Part shown: positions 1 to 13,702 of the stretch, one piece after another
Position numbering within the stretch: the stretch's first letter is position 1
Layout of the letters: each line of letters opens with the position of its first letter
Assembly: GCF_006345805.1 (NCBI RefSeq)
Contig: NC_043016.1
Span: forward strand, 29,946,001 to 30,010,000
Source of the DNA: Octopus sinensis
Lineage: Eukaryota
Reading direction: 5' to 3'
Length of the DNA: 64,000 nt
Translations under genes and position numbers: made by a program
The notes under the pieces: generated by a model
What the model was told of the DNA's origin: nothing
What the model saw: only the letters and a program-made list of their open reading frames with translations
Databases searched by the model: none

Positions 1-108
1 GACTGGCCTGGTGTAGCCTTCGGGCTTGCCAGACCCCAGTTGAACCGTCCAACCCATGCTAGCATGGAAAGCGGACGTTAAACGATGATGATGATGATGA
101 TGATGATA
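1..108 (+). mobile_element. RTE 3'-tail copy. Further copies at about 600-805(+), 8680-9010(-), 15220-15400(-), 22190-22417(+), 22640-22806(-), 23455-23625(+), 31612-31912(+), 32563-32855(-), 35878-36130(-), 37605-37745(+), 60160-60355(-)
   Basis: CCAACCCATGCTAGCATGGAAAGCGGACGTTAAACGATGATGAT closely matches the 3' end of the RTE at 45030-45200. Confidence 0.85.
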
Positions 109-1828
109 TACACACACACACACATATATAATGACTCCCTTACCTATGAGTCAAATACAACAATCCCTGACTCATTTTTCGAATCAGTCTTTATATGACT
201 GATCAACAATGGCATTTGAAATTTGCCAGTGATTTATAGATCTTGTATTATTGATAAAATGTTCAATGCATTGACTGCATAACCATTAACCAACTCACTG
301 TTATCTGATCTGATCTGCTGCAACAAGCAACCAAAAAAAAGGTTAAAAATAATATATTACAAGTAAGTTTCATATGAAAGTACTGCATTCCTTTAATAAG
401 GGACATTCCCTACCTAGCTCTTCAGCAGTGCTTGTGCAAGTGTAACAGTAATCTCAATGTCACTTGGACATCCCACCTCCACAGTTGATCAAAGTCTAAA
501 ACAATCATTATAGGAAGAGAACATAGAGACTCTATGGTATTTTGAAACCAGATACAACATTCTAGTAAGTTAAATGATTTATCTTCTGCAAAAAACATTG
601 GTGCTGGTGTCACATGAAGAGCACTGGTGATAGTGCCATGTAAAATGCACCGAGTACTCTCTGTAGAGTGGCGTTAAGAAGGGCATCCAGCTGTAGAAAC
701 CAAGTCAAAACAGACAACTGGACTTGGTGCAGCACCTGGCTGTGCCAGCTTCTGACAAACTGTTCAATCCAAGTCAGCATAGAAAATGGACATCAAACAA
801 TGATGAAGAATGGTAATATCTCCCTGTCTTCAGCAGTGGTTCTCAACCTATGTCAACTCAGGGCCTCACCTAGTGCACTAAATAATATTTCATAACTATC
901 TCTCCACCAAACCCTCCTTTTTTTTTTTTTTTCTTTGCAAAAGAGAAAAAAAATAGAAAAGATTATTTATACTACTCTAACCATCGTGTGATTTCTCTTA
1001 GATACCTGTATGGAAATAACTAGAAAAAGCAGTGACTTATGTAATGAAGTTATATTGGGTCTTGGCATATCATCAATCAGGTTTCCTGCTCAATGCTATA
1101 ATAATGTCCTATTTATACTTTTCAATCTTGACAAAGATCTCTAAAAATTAATTAAAATTTAAATATTGCATGTGGTTTAGGTATTATATTTCTAAGAAAA
1201 ATCCTAACCCCATTCTGAATACCTAGTGCCCTATATATTAGTTTCTTGACATTTGCAGCCCTAATGCAATGAGCTCACAAAACACTTGCATCCAAAAGAG
1301 CTTTACCAATTACATAACATAGTGTCATCAACACCTATCAGTCATTCAGCTTTGGGGTTTCTTGTAGCGAATTTTGCATGGCTTAATTCTAATGCCAAAT
1401 CATTCACATGAAGAAAATTATATGTAGCTCAGCTAATGAGAGAGCCACTAAGTGGTCACTCAACATGCTAATAATTGCAGCCTAATCACAACTAGAATCT
1501 TAAAAAAAACAGAAATACATATTTAACAATTAATTCAATCCAATGTTATGGGCAATATGATTAGTGAAGTTCAACTAAACTACAGTCTTTAGCAAAGAAA
1601 TATATTTTTCGATTTATGTTAGCCAGAAAAAAGTCAGGGCAATGTCCGTGATCTGTATGAGCTCTTCACATGGCTTATGTCTAATTTGAACTTTTGAGAA
1701 CCGATGTTCATAAGAAAAACGCGTGGGCAGGGAGTAAGTTTTAGAAAGCTGTAGTTCTGCAGAGGACACAATTAGAGGAAGTGCTTCAAGCAGGAAGAGA
1801 TTGAAAAAAGACAGATGTATTGGAGTGT

Positions 1829-2085
1829 TGTGAACAAGCTTGTTTGTTTGAAAAGCTGGACCTCTTTGAGTAAGTATCAGTTTGTTTACTTGCACAAATC
1901 CTTGTACAGACCACTTTGCATCTCTGTTTAATTTGTCTGTGGAGAAATCTATAGAAGACGGATATCTATATATTTCTCCACAGATAAATAAAACAGAAAT
2001 GCAATGTTTTCTGTACAAGGATTTGTGCAAGTAAACAAACTGATACTTACTCAAAGAGGTTCAGCTTTTCAAACAAACATTCACA
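1829..2085. repeat. Long near-perfect inverted repeat (hairpin), arms ~110-120 bp
   Basis: TGTTTGTTTGAAAAGCTGGACCTCTTTGAGTAAGTATCAGTTTGTTTACTTGCACAAATCCTTGTACAGA... (1841) pairs with ...TCTGTACAAGGATTTGTGCAAGTAAACAAACTGATACTTACTCAAAGAGGTTCAGCTTTTCAAACAAACA (2079). The loop is at about 1955-1963. Confidence 0.92.
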
Positions 2086-3247
2086 GATGATACTATTAAA
2101 TGTTGCTCTCAGTCATACACGCACACAGTAAATTGTCCACTGGTTATGTGTTTTTGAAAACATGAAAAAAAAAGAGAGAGAGAGAGAGAGAGATCTTATG
2201 AAAGTTAGCAACAGGAAGGGCAACCAGCTGTTAAAAGACTGCCTGCCTCAATAATATATTCTAACTCATGCCAGAATAGGAAATTGGACATAAAAGTGAA
2301 CGGGGGAAAAATAGTGAATATATACATATATACAGGTGCATACATTCATTGACACACCACACATCCATTTGAGCTTATGCACAAGTGGATGATAGATGGA
2401 TGTATGAATGTATTCCTATATTACATAACTGTATATACATATTATCAGCTTTCAGTCAAGCAATCATTAGGATTCAGTTACTTTTCCCTGGTTGCCAAGA
2501 GAACGCATGTTTATTACTTACTTTACGATAAATGTAAGCATGGTCATGCTAGGCCTAACCTTATGTACATGCATACCACTGCAAAGCTGGCTGTGATCAG
2601 GTGAGGCCCAACCTTATTTACATATATGTACATCAGCTATGTAAATGAACTGTAGTATTGACACAGAGCTTGAGATTAAATTTGTAACCAAAGATATAAT
2701 GACATGTTTAATAAGCATATAGATTAGCAATTAACGTTGCAGGATTTTAGGCCCAACAAAGCACGCGCAATATCAATTCTATCCACCTTATTGGCATGAC
2801 CCGGAGACAAGCCTCAATGAGATATCTTGTGTCAATAAAGACTTCAGGCTCTGAAGTGTGAGAGCATTATGATTTACAGCTAGCACATGATGATCTCATA
2901 AATGACCAAGACCACTCTTTCCCCAATAGCTTTTATATTCATAATATAAACCTACACTAAAGTTACAAGAAAGCTTAGGAAGGCACCAACAAGAGACCTA
3001 ATAGTTGGATACTTATTGAATGTAGAAACATTCTTTAAGAATAACTGAAAGGTACCACACTCCAAATGGTTTTTATGACATATCCAACACTAATCTGAAG
3101 TTTCTAAGTCTCTATATTAGACATATAGGCACACACACACTCACATGTACATAGACAAACATACATACATACACACAGGCATATACATATGCACATATTT
3201 ATATACATATATACAATCAAATAAGTATATGTGTGTATATATAATTT

Positions 3248-3740
3248 ATGTTCAGTTAACTGAAAATAAGAAAATAAAGAGCTAAAAGTTATAATTATTT
3301 ATTATTAAAAAATTGGTAATCTTTACTTCTTACAGCTGTTTCCATTAGTGCCCAATAAGTGAATTAAAAATAATTGTGCTCTAAATTTGCATTTATATGT
3401 TATGAGCATAATTTCATCAGAGGAAAAGATATACATTACAATATTACATTCCGACCGCTCTGTTCAGTCTGCTTGCTTGAATGGATAGGTCAGAATGTAA
3501 TACTGTAATGTATATCTTTTCCTCTGATGAAGTTATGCTCATAACATATAAATGCAAATTTAGAGCACAATTATTTTTAATTTACTTCTTCTTCATCATC
3601 ATCGTTTAACATCCGCCTTCCATGCTACTCATTGGGCATTAATGAAAATGGCTGTAAGAAATAAAGATTACCAATTTTTTAATAATAAATAATTATTAAC
3701 TTTTAACTCTCCATTTTCTTTCCTTCAATTAACTGAACAT
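3248..3740. mobile_element. Palindromic non-autonomous element made of two inverted hammerhead-bearing arms (Penelope pLTR-like)
   Basis: 3248-3456 is the reverse complement of about 3488-3740. The right arm is interrupted by a ~40-bp RTE-tail fragment (3587-3626). Flanked by TA-rich microsatellite. Confidence 0.8.
3320..3429 (-). ncRNA. Type I hammerhead ribozyme motif with canonical core
   Basis: The minus strand reads TCTTTTCCT-CTGATGA-AATTATGCTCA...TGGGCACTAATG-GAAAC-AGCT-GTA-AGAAGTAAAGA, with a palindromic CAGCTG stem III and a GUA triplet. Confidence 0.7.
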
Positions 3741-3989
3741 ATATACCTATATATATATATATCTATATATATATATACCTATAGATTTATGGAAATTTCA
3801 TTGCCCAAAATTACTAGGTATAGAACCAGTGTTTCCTTGGATGATGTAGCCATCCCTTTATGAGGCTAACATATCATCTAAGCAACTTATACATACATAT
3901 ATATATATATTGTCAGGAAGATCTTAAGTCAATTTGGTTTAAGATCTGGAATGAAAGGGATTTCAGTCAGGATGGCTAGATATAATCAA

Positions 3990-6140
3990 GAAGGAATACC
4001 AGATTAAAATCACCAGTAAAATTTACATGATCAACTTTGAAAACTTTCACTAAAGCTATGAGAAAGTTTGAGAAGGCACTAAGAAGAGATCTAATAGTTG
4101 GATACTGCTATTAGATATTGATGTTCTACAAAACGTAACTTAATATATATAAAAGAACTATGAAAAAGCCAAATCAGCATAACATACTGACTTGCCATAG
4201 CACAGAGAAATCTTGTAACCAAGTTTGAAAGCACCAGCTTGGCAGAAAACTAGAAGTCAATTGCTTGTCTAAACATTTATGCATAAACCATACACAAACT
4301 GTCTCAACCAATGCCTGCAAGACATTGTGTGTCCAACAAGATAGTAACGAATGGCTGACAAGTGGAAAGAAAGTAGTGTGGAGGAATTACCAAACAGATT
4401 TCTTGTGATAGTAAGGATTTATTACAGAAAGGTATTGTTTCTTCCCCCCCCCCCTTTCATGGATGTTGAAATTGTTGGAGTCAGCAAAAACACCCACTGC
4501 TTCAGATGTTGCCACTGAAAGGATCACAAAAACCTGGCCAACAATCTTCACACATATAAATGGAAGCGAAATTATTGTCTCCAAAGATTATAAATTTTTC
4601 AAAGAGAATAATTCAAGAAGATGGTATGTCTGCATTACTGTATATTTTGGCACTAAATCCACTGTCCTTTCTTTTACAAAGATCCTCTGATTATGTGTTA
4701 GATTTTACAACAGTAAAGGATAATAATGTAAGCCATAATTTTGTTGTGGATGATCTAAAGATCTATACTAGATATATATATAATGCTGAAAAATAGTTGA
4801 ATCTGGTAACAACATTTTCAAGTGATAAAAGTGATAAAAGAAGAGGATTTGATAAAAAAAAACAACACAAAAATACCCCCAGTTTATATCTGATACTTGA
4901 AAGCAGAAAATTTGCTTTCCAAACTCATGACCTCTACCCAATGGTCTCCCTATATTCCCCTATTTCATTAAAACTTATACATGCTACAAAAACCTAGGTA
5001 TTGATGAAAATGCATCATAGAAAGGTACTGTGAACAAAGAATATTTATATCAGACTTCAAAAAAATAAAACAGACAGGAGTCTTATAAGAAGGCAATGTC
5101 TCACAATGCATTAACAATATCAGTAACGATACCAACATTTCAGATACTTGGCTTCTCTGTGGAGGAAATCCATTCCACAGATACTAAAGTCTGTAAGATC
5201 CTGACTTTAACTTGAAGCTTTTAAGAAACAATGCTACAGTCAGATTCTATCTCAAAAGAAAAGAGGCTTCAGTTCAGTCGGTTTCACTCAGACAGCATCA
5301 TCTAAACAAGGCAACAAAAAATTCATCAATCAAGTGTTCAAAAAAATGAAGAGAACAACATCCTGCAGGTCAATAGAGAACTTTTCGAGAAATACAGTAC
5401 TTACTTTGTGATGACCTATGAGAACTCAGATATGCAAGACCAATGTGTCTCAGCAAAGATTGGGAAGAGAAACATTCTACATACCACAAAAAAAGGTTAT
5501 GCATGGGTGTGTTTCTTACAAACTTGAAGAGAATGATAATGTTAATATTTCAGGTGACTCATAACTGTTACATTACATCATACCTCGAAGATTATGCTTT
5601 TGTAATCCAACAGAAGGAAAATAACTACAGAACATCTAAAATTAATAAATGATATAAAGAAGCCATTAAAACACCAAAATGTGACCAAAAATGTTGATAA
5701 TGTCACATTTCTGTGGAGGTAATATGCGATTAGCAGTCACCCATAATGTCTTTTAAATACTACTTTCCAATGTGGCATCATGATATTAGCTAAACCAATA
5801 TAAAATGTCGTCTGTAGGAAAGATTGTCCTGGGAGAAATACAGATAATGCCTCTGTTACTGAATATATATCAATACAAAGAATATCAGAACATACCTATC
5901 AAGCACAAATATAATCAACCTGACAAAGTTGTTTGGGATAGAAAAGAAAAAATTATGCACAATCACAGAGATTATCTGCCCAGTAGAGATGAATCTCTCT
6001 CTTTCAGGATCGGTGAGAAAGAAAAATAATTACAAACATTTACTTTGCAAAAATACATCTTAGATTTGTTAGTAATTCACTTGGATTTGTTGGTAAACAT
6101 CTGAGGGGAATTATCAAAAAGCTAAGGTTTTCAAATGTTA
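3990..6140 (+). mobile_element. Heavily decayed RLE-type non-LTR retrotransposon (R4/Dong-like)
   Basis: RT remnants RIIQEDGMSALLYILALNPLS and HNFVVDDLKIY (cf. G.FQGD.LS.L.F.LALNPLS, HL.Y.DDLKLY), and an RLE-like IPIKHKYNQPDKVVWDRKEK near 5900. Many stops and frameshifts. Confidence 0.7.
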
Positions 6141-9100
6141 GAATCTACAGTAGCAAGAGACATCAAAGTAACCCATAATCTTTGTTGATGATTTAAAAAT
6201 CTACAGTGGAAATATTTACTATGCTGAGAATAGCTGGATTTAATAACACTTTAAGCTGATATTGTGATAGATTGGCTGAAAGGTTTTATTCATACTTGAT
6301 GGATGGATACAGAAAAACTATTTCCTAAAACCTTTACGTCAATATTCTCAACCCTGCCCCCACTGCTCTCTGATTTATTTAGGTCCTGATCAGAATGTAT
6401 GATATAATGTATAATTTTGTACTAACTGCTGTGAAAACAGATGTAAGTTAGGACCAGTTTAGAAATGTAACTTGAATAAGAATTGGATTGATTAAAGCAA
6501 ATAAGAACAAAAGGTGTTACAATGAGAGGAAAATTAAGATTAATGCATTTAATAGGGTTCTTTGTTGGAGAAGAATTGGGAGGGAATGCTCAGTATTTCT
6601 TCTTATGATACATCAATAAAGCATTTCCTTTCACAGACTATTACCAGTCTACCAATTCTGGTGACCATCTCAAGACAAAGGTAGGGAAGGGAACCTAGAA
6701 AATGTTAGAAACTAAACTCTTTTACTTGTTTCAGCCATTTGACTGTAGCCATGCTGGAGCACCACCTCTAGTCAAGCAAATCGACCCCAGGACTTATTCT
6801 TTGTAAGCTTAGTACTTATTCTATCGGTCTCTTTTGCTGAACCGCTAAGTTACGGGAATGTAAACGCACCAGTATCGGTTGTCAAGCGATGTTGGAGGGA
6901 TAAACACAGACACACAAACGTATACACACACACACATACATATATATGTATATACATATATACGATGGGCTTCTTTCAGTTTCCATCTACCAAATCCACT
7001 CACAAGGCTTTGGTCAGCCCGAGGCTAGAGTAGAAGACACTTGCCTAAGGTGTCACACATTGGGACTGAACCTGGAACCATGTAGTTCGTAGGAAAAAAT
7101 ATATTAATTGGAGGGAAATTTCTTTATTGAATTTTTTAAAAAAAGGATTTCGTTTTTAATGATTCAAATTAAAATATTATTCGGTGCTATATTTGAGTAA
7201 GTTCACAATAAAATCTTGAAACATTGATGTGTATACAAAGGCTGGCAGAGCAGTAGCCTCATGTTTGATTACCAATGTAATACTAATGAATAACAAACAA
7301 GAAACTATTAACAAAATAAGAATTACATTATAGACAATTGTATAGCATCAAATATAATTTGGCATCGGTACAGCAAAGAAATTTATAATGGCCATAACTT
7401 ACTAATTTAGAGTAGTTTAATTGTTACAAAACACTAAACTTAACCATTTTTCTTTTTTCTTTTTCTTTATTTTTATGTATATTTCTCTTGAACTACATTG
7501 CCTTTGTTATTTGTTTACTTTACTCTAATGTCCATTGGTCATCATGGGTCAGATGAGATCTCCTTTGAGTAGTATTTCCAGGTTGGATGTCCTTGCTATT
7601 GCCAACCTTTGTTCATTTTTCAAGTAAAGGATTGTTTTTTATTCCACTGGTTTTCAAACAGCAATACATCAACAAAGAATGCAAAGATTATGTCACTGTT
7701 TCCTGCAAGCAGTGACAAGCAGTGACAAGCAAAGCTGTGGAATGCCAACACATGCATGCACATGACAGGTTTCCACATACTTTCCATCTACCAAACTTCA
7801 CAATCTATCTGTCAACCTCCATAAAGTGCTACTCTTAGGAATTGAACACAGAACCTCATAGTTACAAAGCAGTCTTCTTAACCAGACAGCCATGATGGTC
7901 TGTGACAACATTTATTGCAGTTTGTATATCCATGAAACCCAGCAATATTTAGCCAGGTGTGTCACCTTCCCTAACAAAACAACAGTAATGCAGGCTTCAA
8001 TGTTAGTCACAAGGAACAATGTTTACAGAAGAGAAACAAACTGAATCAATAACAATTTCTCACAGGTACTTATTGTTTCATGAGGCATGAAATGTAAAAT
8101 CTATCTGGGTAGGTTTTAAAATCTGAATGCTGATAGAATAAAAATATATTTTTAAATAAGATTAAATGCAACAGAGCTGGGTGGGTTTTTATTTTTTTTT
8201 ATTTTTACCAATCTCACCATTTTTTTTTCAATTACTTTTGAAAATAATGAAGAATTCAGTAAAATAACTTGTCTTCATTAAGGTAGTATTTGAAATATAA
8301 ATTAACATGTAATCTTTTTGGAAGGTCTTAATTTAACAGGAAATTTGTCTCTTATATCAGGAGTGGTTTCAAGTGGTTTGAAATCAAATGAGTTAAAAGA
8401 TATATGTAACTATTAGAAAATGTATAAGTGCCACTAAATACTTATACTAATTCACATGGCTCCAGATGTGTGAATGACTAGAGATATAATTAGAGTTACA
8501 CATGGCAGAACTGAGGCCTATAATTTAAAAATAAAAATAATAATAAAGTTTTTTTTTTAATCAAAGATCAGCTGGATTAAGTCTGGGTTGGATCTGAATC
8601 AATAAAATCAATTTTGTGTGAGCAGTCTCACCTTAATTTTAAATGTCCTTTCTCTTATTGTTAACATCAGTTACAGCTCATCATCATCATCGTTTAATGT
8701 CCGCTTTCCATGCAGGCATAGGTTGGACGAGTTTGACTGAAGACTGGCAAGCCAGGAAGCTGCATCAGGCTCCAATCTGATCTGGCAAGGTTTCTACAGC
8801 TCGATGTCCTTCCTAATGCCAACCACTCCGAGCGTAGTGGGTGCTTTTTACATGCCACCGGCATGGGGGCCAGTCAGGTGGTACTGGCATCGACCACGCC
8901 CGAATGGTGCTTTTTACATGCCAGTCAGACAGCACTGGTATCGACCACGCTGAAATGGTGCGTTTTGCATGCCACTGGCACAGGAGCAAGTCAGGCAGCA
9001 CTGGCAACAACAATGTGAGAAAATGTCTCTTCCTCTTCTAAAGTTTGCTCACTTTTGATCATTTTTAGAAGAAAGTTAGTTTAAATCTTGATCATGTCAA

Positions 9101-9276
9101 TGATATGTAACTCACCGACCAACAGGCCTTTTGTTTTTTGTCAACATACACTAAAACATTTGCATCTCAAAACTCAAATTGCTATAATTTAAAATCAGGA
9201 AAATATTGTGACGTTCTTTAATGGTTATTAAATACTAAAAGACAAGAATAAAGAGTGAAAAACAGTGCAAAACTGT

Positions 9277-9496
9277 TTAACCTTTTTGATGCCAACCCAC
9301 CTGAAACTGCCCATGGTCCTTTGATACAAACTTCCTGTTTTGTATAAAAACACTCCATCAAAATTTCATGTGAATTTAAGTTTTAGATACTAGCTTAATA
9401 CTGACAATGTTATTTTGATAAATTCTAGGTTATTTTCAAAATCAATTGAAATATAGTCAGTGAATTTCACTACAAATATGGTAACAAAAGGGCCAA
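9277..9496. mobile_element. piggyBac-type MITE (family A). Other copies at about 20548-21163 (SINE-interrupted), 58973-59634 and 62814-63745
   Basis: TTAA|CCTTTTTGATGCCAA ... ATATGGTAACAAAAGGG, dispersed through the window. Confidence 0.7.
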
Positions 9497-10520
9497 GATG
9501 AAAATAGTGTTTAGGGAAGAAAAGAAAAAAAGAAATAGAATATATGTATGTATGAGTATGTGTGTATGTATATAACAACTAAGTAGCTAGTTAAAAAATC
9601 TCTATAGGAGATGATAGTAGTAACAATACTGAGAAGTAATGTTTTTTTATTACCATATCAATATGGCTGTTCCATAGGAATCAATGTTATTACCATTTTT
9701 AACTCCAGGAAGAACCTCCTCCAGCTAGTTATTGATGCAATCTGCACCCGATATATATATTTCAAGCAGGGGAGTGAATCCCTACTATCTTCTAGGAGAT
9801 AATGGGATAACCATACATATATATGTGTGTAAATACGCAGTAACAAGACTCTTTGGTAAGTAATCAATTTGTAAAGAAATAAGGCAGAAACTAAAGACAC
9901 GTGCTGTTGGAAACAAGGGTTATCAAGAAAAACTATAGGAAGAGAAAAAATAAGCAAATGTTTGCTTCACAACTATGTTCTGCATTTGATTAGTGTTGCA
10001 TCTTGGAGCTCTGAGTGGAATTTTGCAAACAGAAACCCTGTGGAATGCAGTTGTGTGTATGAACGTAAGTGTAAAGATATATATATATCTTTTATCTTTC
10101 ACTTGCTTCAGTCTTTGAACTGCAGTCATGCTTAGGCACTGCTTGAAAAGTTTTAGTCAAACAAATCACCCCAGTATTTATTCTATTGGTCTTTTATGCC
10201 AAACCTCTAAGTTATAGGGACATAAACAAACTAACATTGGTTGTCAAGCAATGGTGAGGGACAAAATAAAGTCACACACATACATATTTATTTATTTATT
10301 GCCCACAGAGGGGACAAACAAAGAGTTTTAGTCGATTACACCGACCCCAGTGCATAACTGGTATAATCGACCCCAATAGGATGAAAAGCAAAGTCGACCT
10401 CGGCAGAGTTTGAACTCAGGACGTAACAGCAGACGAAATACTGGTAAGCATTTCACCCGACGTGCTAACGATTCTGCCAGCTCACACACATACATATGGT
10501 TTTATATATATATATATATA

Positions 10521-10574
<54 letters not shown>

Positions 10575-11081
10575 ACAGGCTCCTTTCAGTTTTGGTCGCC
10601 GAGGCTATATAAGTAGAAGACGCTTCACAATAGGACTGAACCTAGAACTATGTAGTTGAGAAGCAAACTTCCAACCATACAGCCACATCTGCACACAGAA
10701 ATTCTGGAGTGATTGTCTTGCATTCTGGAAGACCACTGGGAGAGGGGTAACCATCAGCTTTAGTTAAAGCATGTCTCTAAGAGAAGGTCACTCTGTGGTC
10801 AGACACATCTATGAGTTGATGGCCATCACATACATATAAAACACATGCACACACTTACATATCCCTTGCCCCTCTCTCTTTCATAAATATGGAGAGCTAC
10901 TGATTAGCCCAATCAAAACTAACAGCCAACAATGCTTTTGTGCACAAAAATGCAATATACAATAAATAAATTAATAAATTTTCAAAATTGTATAACCAAA
11001 CAGTTTACTATGTTGTTTTTACATGAATTTTTACTGAGTTCTCTAGCAAATAAGAGTTTAGAAATACAAAATATGTATATA

Positions 11082-11718
11082 TAGGTGCAGGAGTGGCTGT
11101 GTGGTAAGTAGCTTGCTTACCAACCACATGGTTCCAGGTTCAGTCCCCACTGCGTGGCACCTTGAGCAAGTGTCTTCTACTATAACCTCGGGCTGACCAA
11201 AGCCTTGTGAGTGGATTTGGTAGACAGAAACTGAAAGAAGCCCATTGTATATATATATACAATGGGCGGCGAGCTGGCAGAAACGTTAGCATGCCGGGCA
11301 AAATGCTTAGCAGTATTTCGTCTGTCGTTACGTTGTGAGTTCAGATTCCGCCGAGGTCGACTTTGCCTTTCATCCGTTCGGGGTCGATAAATTAGGTACC
11401 AGTTACCCACTGGGGTCGATGTAATCGACTTAATCCCTTTGTCTGTCCTTGTTTGTCCCCTCTATGTTTAGCCCCTTGTGGGTAGTAAAGAAATATATAT
11501 ATATATATGTGTGTGTTTGTATGTTTGTCCCCCCAACATCACTTGACAACTGATGCTGGTGTGTTTACATCCCCGTAACTTAGCGGTTCAGCAAAAGAGA
11601 CCAATAGAATAAGTACTAGGCCTACAAAGAATAAGTCCTGGGGTCGATTTGCTCGACTAAAAGCAGTGCTACAGCATGGCCGCAGTCAAATGACTGAAAC
11701 AAGTAAAAGAGTAAAGAT
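11082..11718 (+). mobile_element. tRNA-derived CORE-like SINE (family 1), with a nested family-2 SINE
   Basis: A-box TGGCTGTGTGGT, B-box GGTTCAGTCC, core GGCACCTTG(G/A)GCAAGTGTCTT, central (TA/TG)n and tail GACTGAAACAAGTAAAAGAG. Confidence 0.88.
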
Positions 11719-12866
11719 ATAAATATATATTTAGATTTTTCTTTTCCCTTTTTTTTTTGGAAAAAGAAGATTCTAACGAAAATTAAGACTGAATATTTTT
11801 ACATTTTACCAGATCACTGAAGCATAAATGAATAATACCTCCTTTCACATGTAATGTATATAATCATTCAACCATAGAAGAGAATTTCTTGTCACAATCA
11901 CTGTAAAAACTGAATGAGCATAACTAGATTGACATTCAGAAATATGGAAGTTATAGCAAAAATGTTAATTAACAGGTGAGAAACAATCCTGCATTATTTT
12001 AGTGTTGCTTTATTAAATGAGAGGTATAATAAGATCAAAGTAAATGTGAGTGGCTAATAGCGAATAATTTAAAAGAAAATATAGACAAAACTCATCAAAC
12101 AGTTAAAAATATAATTAACCAGATCAGCAACTCTTTCAAGAAAATGACTGGTTTGGGGGAGGGGTTTATTTTAGAGAGAGGTGAGTGATATTTTTGTTGA
12201 AGTAAAACTATAGCTATTTTTAATGTTCAATAAATAAGGCCAAAATGCTCTAATAGATGAGTGTCTGTTAGGGTGCTGACAGAATCAGTTGAGCTAAAAT
12301 TCACTGAATATCCACAATAAAAGTTTCAACAGTTATATATATATATATACTTGCCAAATATTCAGTTATTACCAACTTACTAACCAAACTCTGTACAATT
12401 TTCTTAACTCACCTGAAAAGAAAGACAAAAAAAATATATTAAAGATAAATACCAGTTTAATGAAATTTAGTGGAAAGGACAAGATACTACAAATTCAAAT
12501 ATTATGTGAAGCCTAAAATATAATTTCACAGATATTAAGAAAATTATTACTGTATATGATGGCATATTAGATGTATCCCAATTTTAGCAGTGCACATTAA
12601 ACAAAAAAATTTTAGTGTATCAAAGCTTTATAGAAGGCCTAACTTAGCATATAAGATCTTTTTCTGAGACATTTTTTTCCTCAAAAAAGGAGTGCATCTC
12701 ATTTGCCATCAAATGTAGTAACTGTCAACGGATACCAAAAGAGGAAAAGCAGCACCTATTGATACCTGGAGGGCATCAAAGACTAATGAAAGAGATGAAA
12801 ATCCACATTGTATGAGTTATCTTCAGAACACAGACCTGGTCTGATTGCATACAAGACTATCTAGGG

Positions 12867-13030
12867 TAGGGGTCATCAAACTTTTTATACCATCGACCCT
12901 TTCATGGAATCCTTGACCTCACTCATCAACCTCCAGGCATGTACAAGAAAATAAATAAATAATAATAATTAAGCAGGCATAGTCCAACCAACTTCTAGGG
13001 GTCAATATCAACCACTTTGGGAGACCCCTG
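12867..13030. mobile_element. hAT (Charlie/MER5-like) MITE
   Basis: TIRs TAGGGGTCATCAAA / TTTGGGAGACCCCTG. The 8-bp TSD ATCTAGGG/ATCTAGGA resembles the NTCTAGAN target. Confidence 0.75.
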
Positions 13031-13465
13031 ATCTAGGATTTAGGTGATGGTCTGAAATAAAGGGAAGGTTTAAATATATTACACAGTCCATTCAGCAGGT
13101 ATCTGCACAGTTTCTATCTACTCAAGTTTATTTAAAATATATAAAAGCTTATCACCTATCCAGGATAATATATAAAACTTTTACTGAGCTTAAAGGAATG
13201 AAATTTGACTTCAACATAATTTGAATTCACAATGCAGAAAAGCACATTTTCATAGAACATGGAATGAAAGAAGAGAAGCACCACACAGAGATATACTTTC
13301 AGCAAACCAAAATATTATTTGAGCCGAAGATATTTAATAAAAAAAACCTGAATGTCACACAATAGTACTTTCTCTCCTCTTTGCATATAGGCATAGCAAA
13401 TGGGTTGGCATCATCAAGAGCATCTGGCTATAAAATATCTCAAAAGGTCCTGCCCAACCCCTGCC

Positions 13466-13476
13466 ATATATATATA

Positions 13477-13520
<44 letters not shown>

Positions 13521-13536
13521 GTATATATACACACAC

Positions 13537-13600
<64 letters not shown>

Positions 13601-13702
13601 TATATATGTATATACACACACACACATATATATGTATATACACACACACATATATATATACACACACACACACACACACGTATGTGCATGTGTATGTATA
13701 TA
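13466..13702. repeat. Compound (TA)n/(CA)n microsatellite
   Basis: Direct reading. Confidence 0.95.

Noticed and set aside
1614-2054. 146-aa minus-strand ORF
   Set aside because: No recognisable domain, a non-ATG start, and it runs through the hairpin.
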